DNA from: Tubulanus polymorphus
Taxonomy: Eukaryota > Animalia > Nemertea
DNA: 64,000 nt
Reading direction: 5' to 3'
NCBI RefSeq assembly: GCF_964204645.1
Contig: NC_134025.1
Coordinates: 496,001-560,000, forward strand
Shown here: in pieces, positions 61,401-64,000 of the stretch
Position numbering within the stretch: the stretch's first letter is position 1
Layout: every line of letters begins with the position of its first letter
The notes under the pieces: generated by a model
The model's database searches: none
The model's input: the letters and a program-made list of their open reading frames with translations, nothing else
Told to the model about the DNA's origin: nothing
Translations under genes and position numbers: made by a program

Positions 61401-61593
61401 GCTCTGCGGCGGAGTCAACAGTAGCAGCAGCAGGATCTCCCCATGATAAATTACTTGTGGTATTCAATGTAATGTCTGTTTGCACTTCGGTACTCACTGT
61501 ACTAACTGTAATTACTGGTGATTTTGCCGGTGTTTTTAAAGGCACATATCCAACTACTTCATTAGCCTTCACTACAGATGTAGCTGATCCCAT
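52482..61593 (-). CDS. DUF4062-NACHT-TPR STAND NTPase (TEP1/NPHP3/NWD-related), about 1057 aa, N-myristoylation motif
   Basis: 22 phase-consistent exons: 61355-61593, 60518-60668, 60368-60436, 59947-60053, 59739-59872, 59520-59653, 59337-59432, 58724-58876, 58305-58426, 57780-57882, 57424-57705, 56554-56741, 55921-56090, 55532-55703, 55035-55149, 54668-54796, 54398-54519, 54238-54334, 53647-53763, 53437-53565, 53268-53348, 52482-52745. Motifs MGSATS, WKTVRIFVSSTFKDF..ER, CDLRWGV, SMTEMEI, Walker A GSAGSGKT, FYHFVGA, Walker B IIFIDALNQF, NPLWLSLACEELR, TPR-like YGENSLLTARIFINRG / LYGEDH. Confidence 0.88.
54815..55015 (+). repeat. 22-bp tandem repeat, about 9 copies (cacacgtgtacccggtagctgg)
   Basis: Fills most of a short intron. 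Confidence 0.88.
56246..56352. mobile_element. Harbinger/PIF-like MITE with CAG TSD
   Basis: cag-ggcccagtttcacaaa ... tttgtgaaactgggcc-cag: 16-bp perfect TIR, 3-bp CWG duplication. Confidence 0.75.
56816..57394 (-). repeat. 47-bp array (about 10 units) still bounded by MITE end sequences
   Basis: Units ctggtcttaagttgttagattggttatagaaccaaaatgagcttaga; right end aagtcatgactgtgcaactgg matches the TIR of the 58494-58650 MITE. Confidence 0.9.
58016..58253 (+). repeat. 55-bp tandem repeat, about 4.3 copies
   Basis: ttccccgattgtcaactc... starts at 58016, 58071, 58126, 58181 and 58236. Confidence 0.92.
58494..58650. mobile_element. Intact Harbinger/PIF-like MITE, about 60-bp TIRs, CTG TSD
   Basis: ctg-gggccagttgcacagtcatgacttaagtccaaaagtggtcttaaatcttaagac ... 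gtcttaagatttaagaccacttttggacttaagtcacgactttgcaactggccc-ctg; carries one copy of the 47-bp unit. Confidence 0.85.
58912..59286 (+). repeat. About 24-bp tandem repeat (cagttccacagttttatcagtacc) derived from a MITE terminus
   Basis: Units contain ggatccagttccac, the terminus of the aactgtggaactggatcc family. Confidence 0.8.
60770..61020. mobile_element. Small element with about 55-bp inverted termini, each a hammerhead-like motif
   Basis: Minus strand at left: ttcatttac-ctgatgaagcta...tgtagcaaaacct; plus strand at right: ttcatttagcagatgaagctgcta...ggtagcaaaagctc; internal gtcaatggagaaacaacagta shared with 7429-7449. Confidence 0.5.
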
Positions 61594-62271
61594 CTCTATC
61601 TCTCACTCCAGCAGTGGCGTGTGTGGTGAGCTGACAAACAGTGGGTGAGTGGTGAGTGGAGGAACCCCCGGGTTGTGGTGTCGTGTAGAGGTGTGGTGAT
61701 GATATAGGAATCCTGCTGCTCTATCTATCTGTCCCTGAGACTACAGTTATTGTGGTCAGTCACACACGGCATGAATTACATTTCATTTTGTCAATAAATT
61801 TTGATTTGTTTATACATCGAGCATGTTACTTCCTGGTTACTCCACACAACCATCTATCGCGTACCGCTTAAAGGTAGATTAATGTCGTCACTACCGAACA
61901 TATTGAGCGCATTACTTAACTAGAAAAACACATATACGAAACGTCGAATTATTAAAATTTGTCTCCATAGAGAAATAGCTTTTCCTTGCTATACGTCTTG
62001 ACCTCCCCATAATCACTATCCACACAGTCAAAAGCAAAAACAAATAACAACTGAGGGTTCATGAGAACAATATATATATTTGTTTTACGCCACTGTACAA
62101 AACCTTGACGACAGAAGAATAGAACCTCACAATGTACATCACCGCACAATGTCATTGAACTGTACATCATCGAGTTACATATCAAAATTACAACGAAAAA
62201 AATAAATTTTTTCCACTTAATTTCACAATATTGCACATATACCTTACCGGTACTTAAACGGTTTAAAAGAT

Positions 62272-63451
62272 TTACAGAGTTTCACCCCACGAGATGACTG
62301 TCATTATCGTATTATAAGAGTGCAATAAACTGCCGATTTTACATTTTTTGCCGAGTTTCTTGTCTTTTTTAACGTTCTCCGAACTTTGATGAAAATGATC
62401 GTGTCCTATTTCACCGTTGCCGAAGAATCCGTGTAGCGGAACGGTCGGAAAGTATTTTTTGAATAGATTAGCTTCGACATTTTGAGATCTGTAATGATGC
62501 CAGCCCCGTCCAATACACGCGAACTGAAATCCTAAATTAAACGTACGCAGTTTATGAGAATCGTAAAGTTGTTTAATGCAGGTCTCCGCAGCTGCTGGTG
62601 ATTTTATGGTCTCTGTTAATCTGCATGAAGACACTGACAAATGATCTCCACACAGAGCTAGACCAATACAGTAATCCTCTCTGAAAAACACGAATAAAAC
62701 TTCATATTATTAATGCCTGCAACCTTTAGTTAGAACCTGTAGTTCATTTTCAATTTTGAAATCTGAAGTTGTACAATCAGAAATTGGAAGAAATGAGATA
62801 AAGTGTTGAATATCTGAAAGGGTGGAGAGTCCAAATTCATGAGGTGCAGGGTAGAGAGGCCGAGTTGAGGAGGAGCAGAGTAGAGAGGCCGAGTTGAAGA
62901 GGTGCAGGGTAGAGAGGCCGAGTTGAGGAGGAGCAGAGTAGAGAGGCCGAGTTGAGGAGGAGCAGGGTAGAGAGGCCGAGTTGAGGAGGAGCAGGGTAGA
63001 GAGGCCGAGTTGAGGAGGAGCAGGGTAGAGAGTGCATCAACAATTAAATAATGAAATGAAAATCAATGTTCAATGTTGACTTACTCGAGACAACCGACCC
63101 ATGATAATTGATGCATCAATTCATATAACGGTTCATTCTGCAATAATATATTATCCACATAACCTCCGCTAATAACGATATCATCATAGATATTCATAAA
63201 CGTAATGATGAGATTATCAGTACGAGGATTCATTACGCCATCAACGACATAAAATATCAACAGAGCTTTAACGTTTTTATCTTTAGGAATGCCGAGATGT
63301 TCCTCGATATCGTCGCGTGTGTTTAAAACGACGTTATCTTGGTAAAGATGAATCGGATAAAATTCAACTGCGTCAGTTTTAGGAAGAAGTAGAATCGAAC
63401 CGGCGTCCGCTGACTCCATTTCAACACTTATAGAATTATCAGGAGTTGTTC
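62272..63451 (-). CDS. FBXO22: F-box protein 22-like (FIST domain C-terminal half), 5'-partial
   Basis: Exons 63085-63451 and 62272-62680; motifs ISGGYVD, GFQFACIGRG, NVEANLFKKYFPTVPLHGFFGNGEIG, LLHSYNTIM match the FBXO22 C-terminus. Upstream exons were not found in the window. Confidence 0.85.
62840..63032 (+). repeat. 29-bp tandem repeat, about 6.5 copies (gcagggtagagaggccgagttgaggagga)
   Basis: Visible tandem units in the last FBXO22 intron. Confidence 0.9.
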
Positions 63452-64000
63452 CTGAAAATACATTAATAAATAAACTGAATTCATCTCTATTTTTAGTTCT
63501 ATTTTTATCTTCAATTTGATAAAGGAGTGATTTTCAATACGTGCACGCGTGTAAGTACACTTTGTGATTTTATACTATAGATTAAGGATTAAGGGATTAT
63601 AGATTTTCCAGTACTGGATGTTTCGCTCCATCATACGGTCTGTACTGGGTATAAAAACCTGTGTGAAGCTGTTCTGAGGTCAGTCTGCTGTAGGAGCAAA
63701 TTCAACATATTTGTGAGTAATATGTAGAGTTACTTGTAAATCGTTTTTTGCTATTCAATTATTTCGGTCGATTCTTTTCTTTATCAATTGAATAATTAGT
63801 ACATATTAAGAATTAATCAATATCTTCTAAGAATCATAGTAAGCGTTTTGTTTGTTTCTCTTGTAGAAACTGTTTTAAATAAATCCGAATCCTGGCGAAA
63901 TAAATAGTTCAATTAAATGGAAGACATCGGTCTGTTTCCACCATACAGCATTCACACAATAACGCTTCTCAGATTCAACTGCTGGTAAATCATATTCATA

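Noticed and set aside
63541-64000. Further FBXO22 exon
   Set aside because: No open frame with F-box or FIST similarity and a phase-1 donor could be found; likely intronic.

Overview
Eukaryotic (invertebrate animal, probably lophotrochozoan-like) AT-rich genomic DNA with GT-AG introns; no prokaryotic operons or CRISPR arrays. Seven spliced protein-coding genes were reconstructed by hand from splice sites and reading-frame phase. They are: NMDA receptor GluN1 (GRIN1-like, +, 5'-partial, two candidate alternative last exons), pyridoxal kinase (PDXK, -), cytochrome b5 reductase 4 (CYB5R4/NCB5OR, +), an SLC16/MCT-family transporter (-), a degenerate two-C2 synaptotagmin-like gene (-), a 22-exon putatively myristoylated DUF4062-NACHT-TPR STAND protein (-), and the 3' end of an FBXO22-like gene (-). 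Introns and intergenic DNA hold many unrelated minisatellites, several visibly amplified from MITE pieces. There are also MITEs of Harbinger-, piggyBac- and Tc1/pogo-like type and two tRNA(Glu)-like SINE heads. The most unexpected signal is about ten dispersed minimal hammerhead-ribozyme-like motifs (CUGANGA...GAAA...NUH) of the kind linked to Penelope-like elements and retrozymes. One lies sense in the probable SLC16 3' UTR, and one small element carries such a motif in each terminal inverted repeat. All gene models, family names and ribozyme calls are by-eye and need database or experimental confirmation. Most long ORFs in the supplied track are tandem-repeat artefacts.
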